DNA of 64,000 nucleotides from Rhizodiscina lignyota (Eukaryota): NCBI GenBank assembly GCA_010015805.1, contig ML978128.1, positions 868,001 to 932,000 of the forward strand, read 5' to 3'. Shown piece by piece: positions 61,957 to 64,000 of this stretch (position 1 is its first letter; each line of letters starts with the position of its first letter). The notes under the pieces were generated by a model. It saw only the letters and a program-made list of their open reading frames with translations, ran no database searches and was not told where the DNA came from. The position numbers and the translations under genes were made by a program.

Positions 61957-62871
61957 CTTGAAGGAAAGCAACGAAGATGGATTTAACCAAGCTACCATTG
62001 GGGGCGACGATGCTTTATATTGAATGATTTTGCCAGTCGCACAGCATAATTTGACGAGCGGGCCTGTAATGTGCGACGACGACATACCATGATACTACAT
62101 GTGAGAATCAAAACTTCGTTCCATTTTACCGTGTCTACAATTTCCATATGGCGGATGCAGATGCGGAGCTCAATGTGTCTTGCCAAAGGCCTGGAAGAAG
62201 GTAATGAAGACGTAGGAAGTGGTGGAAGGTTCCGAAGGGGTGAGCGCTGAGTAAACTTCAGGCGGCCGCAAATGCTCTGCAGGATCATAGCGCGAGCCTC
62301 AAAATCCTCTCTCTTCCCTTTTAGCATAGGTGTCCGTAGATTAACTAAGCTTGGGACGGCCGCTATATGTGCGGGCTGACCCGTTGTGGAGCTACACATG
62401 TTGGTGTTTAGAGACGCGTATTCAGGCATAGTCACCCGAGCTGCGATCTACTATTCGATTACACCTGGAGTGCACAATCCACCACAACTCCGATATACGA
62501 GATCTATCTTCAAATAGAAAAATTTCATGTTCGGGGAAAGCGTCACTCACTCTGCACGTCTCATTAAATGCTGTAAAATTCTCGTAGAAACAAGTCATAT
62601 CTCTAGTCTCATATCCGGCATTTCCTTCTCCGTGAGGGCCTCACCTCTAAGCCGGGAAGCATATCAAAACATGCTGGACTTATGTACATTCGGTTGTACC
62701 AGCTGTCGTGGTGCGGACCCAGAGGGCCTTGAAGAGATAGGCGCTTTTGTAGTCGGCCGTTCTCGATGGTAGTATTGCATATGGTCGCGTTCCCCTAAAG
62801 ACATCCACCGCCCGAGTCTAAACGGCTCTGACGTTGTCTCTTTTGGTCGGCGGCTTTTAGGCTTGGGCACA

Positions 62872-63504
62872 TTATCGCCCGATGCCTATTCCACCTCCAC
62901 CAACGCTTCTGCACGAAACACAATTTGGGGCGCTAGACTCCATTGCGCGCGCCTCCAGCCATGGCCACTGAGCACGCATTCGAGCCGCGCGGGCAGCTGC
63001 AAGTGCACGCCTCTCCTCCTCCTCCGCCTTCCCCTCATATATCGACATGACGCTCTCCATCTCGTCCCCCACCCTGCGCACCTCCTCTTCCCAGCGTTGC
63101 TCCGCCTCTCTCACCTTCAGCGTCTCCTCCTCATCAATCACCTGCATGAGCCTCTCCCGCAGCCTCTTCTGCTTCGCGCTCCACGACAACTTTTGCTCCT
63201 CTAGCCTTTTGATGTCCTCTCCCCGCACCATCGCAATCATTATCTTGTCTTTTATTCCGTCCAGTTTGTCCTCGACGCACTCCAGCTGGTGCTCTACGAC
63301 GTCGATTGCATCGATGGACCAGGTAGGTCCCGCCGGTTCGTTTGGCTTCGGCACGAGAGTACCAGTTGACGACACGTTCGCCTCTCGCGGACCTAGCACG
63401 GGTGTGAGGGGTGTGGTGGAGGAGGATATACTGTGCTCCGAGGGGCGAGATTGGCGGGAGGCGAACGGTGCCTTTGGGTAGGAGGGTGTGAAGAGGCAAG
63501 GCAT
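62872..63504 (-). CDS. Hypothetical coiled-coil protein
   Basis: ~210-aa ORF from MPCLFTPS with an E/K/R-rich heptad region; no family recognised. Confidence 0.6.
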   Translation of the reverse strand: MPCLFTPSYPKAPFASRQSRPSEHSISSSTTPLTPVLGPREANVSSTGTLVPKPNEPAGPTWSIDAIDVVEHQLECVEDKLDGIKDKIMIAMVRGEDIKRLEEQKLSWSAKQKRLRERLMQVIDEEETLKVREAEQRWEEEVRRVGDEMESVMSIYEGKAEEEERRALAAARAARMRAQWPWLEARAMESSAPNCVSCRSVGGGGIGIGR

Positions 63505-64000
63505 ACTGGTAGTGTTTAGAAGAATGAGGATAGGGTAGTTGATGATAATGAGAAGGCGATGATAATCGTAATTTGGAGATGATTGTCTGTAGCAGCTTGA
63601 ATCGATGTTTGACTGCGGAACTTGCTCAAGATGGAATGTAGGACGAATAATGCGGTAAGACATGTGCCTTCATATGAAAGATTGCAAATGTGGGAGACTA
63701 TATTAGTAGTTGAACTCTTAAACGTCCTCTAAAGAAAAATCGCACGTTGTGGTTCGTCCCGCACCATGTATACTGGTGGAGAGGTGGCCGTTATAAAGAG
63801 TACCAAAAGAAATAGAAAAAAGCTCATGCAACAAGAACGAGCAGCGAGTAGTGGCGTTCGGATTAGAATTAGTTTGTAGAAAAATTTCGCAACCGTGTCA
63901 ATTTAGACGATCATATTGTACAAACCGTTCATTGCATTTCGGAGCTAAAAGGACTATGCATCTTATCGATACTCCCCATTCCTAGATCTTTAATAAGTGA

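Noticed and set aside
60181..62085. Secondary-metabolite cluster around the FAD oxidase, SDR and dehydrogenase
   Set aside because: No PKS, NRPS, terpene synthase or other backbone gene in the window.

Overview
Gene-dense nuclear DNA from a filamentous ascomycete (Pezizomycotina), judged by ~50-60 nt spliceosomal introns with CTRAC/CTAAT branch sites and typical fungal gene families. About 29 protein-coding genes are supported. Positions 1-54.6 kb are mostly housekeeping genes: a Rab GTPase, flavocytochrome b2, a DHA1 MFS transporter, ATP14, TMEM135-like, an MBL hydrolase, an E2 enzyme, a BTB protein, a Zn2Cys6 TF, MED17, ISN1, COX16, MEC1/ATR, a zf-PARP protein, a CHZ protein, XPG-like, a TBC GAP, MTQ1, LOG, CLPTM1, GCP2, a 2-hydroxyacid dehydrogenase and an SDR. 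From ~54.7 to 60 kb the character changes to an accessory-looking block. It holds a head-to-head pair: a DUF6590-like (PemK/MazF-like pattern) plus retropepsin fusion gene with an in-frame TAG, and a DUF6594-like multi-TM gene. This is my best candidate for an undescribed protease/membrane-effector (allorecognition or defence-like) module. Other oddities: a structured 232-nt intron, a PTS1-tailed cytochrome b2, a frameshifted TF, three GC-AG introns and a microexon array in ISN1. No rRNA, tRNA, CRISPR array or intact transposon was recognised. All family calls are by eye from motifs, and exon boundaries are manual predictions.
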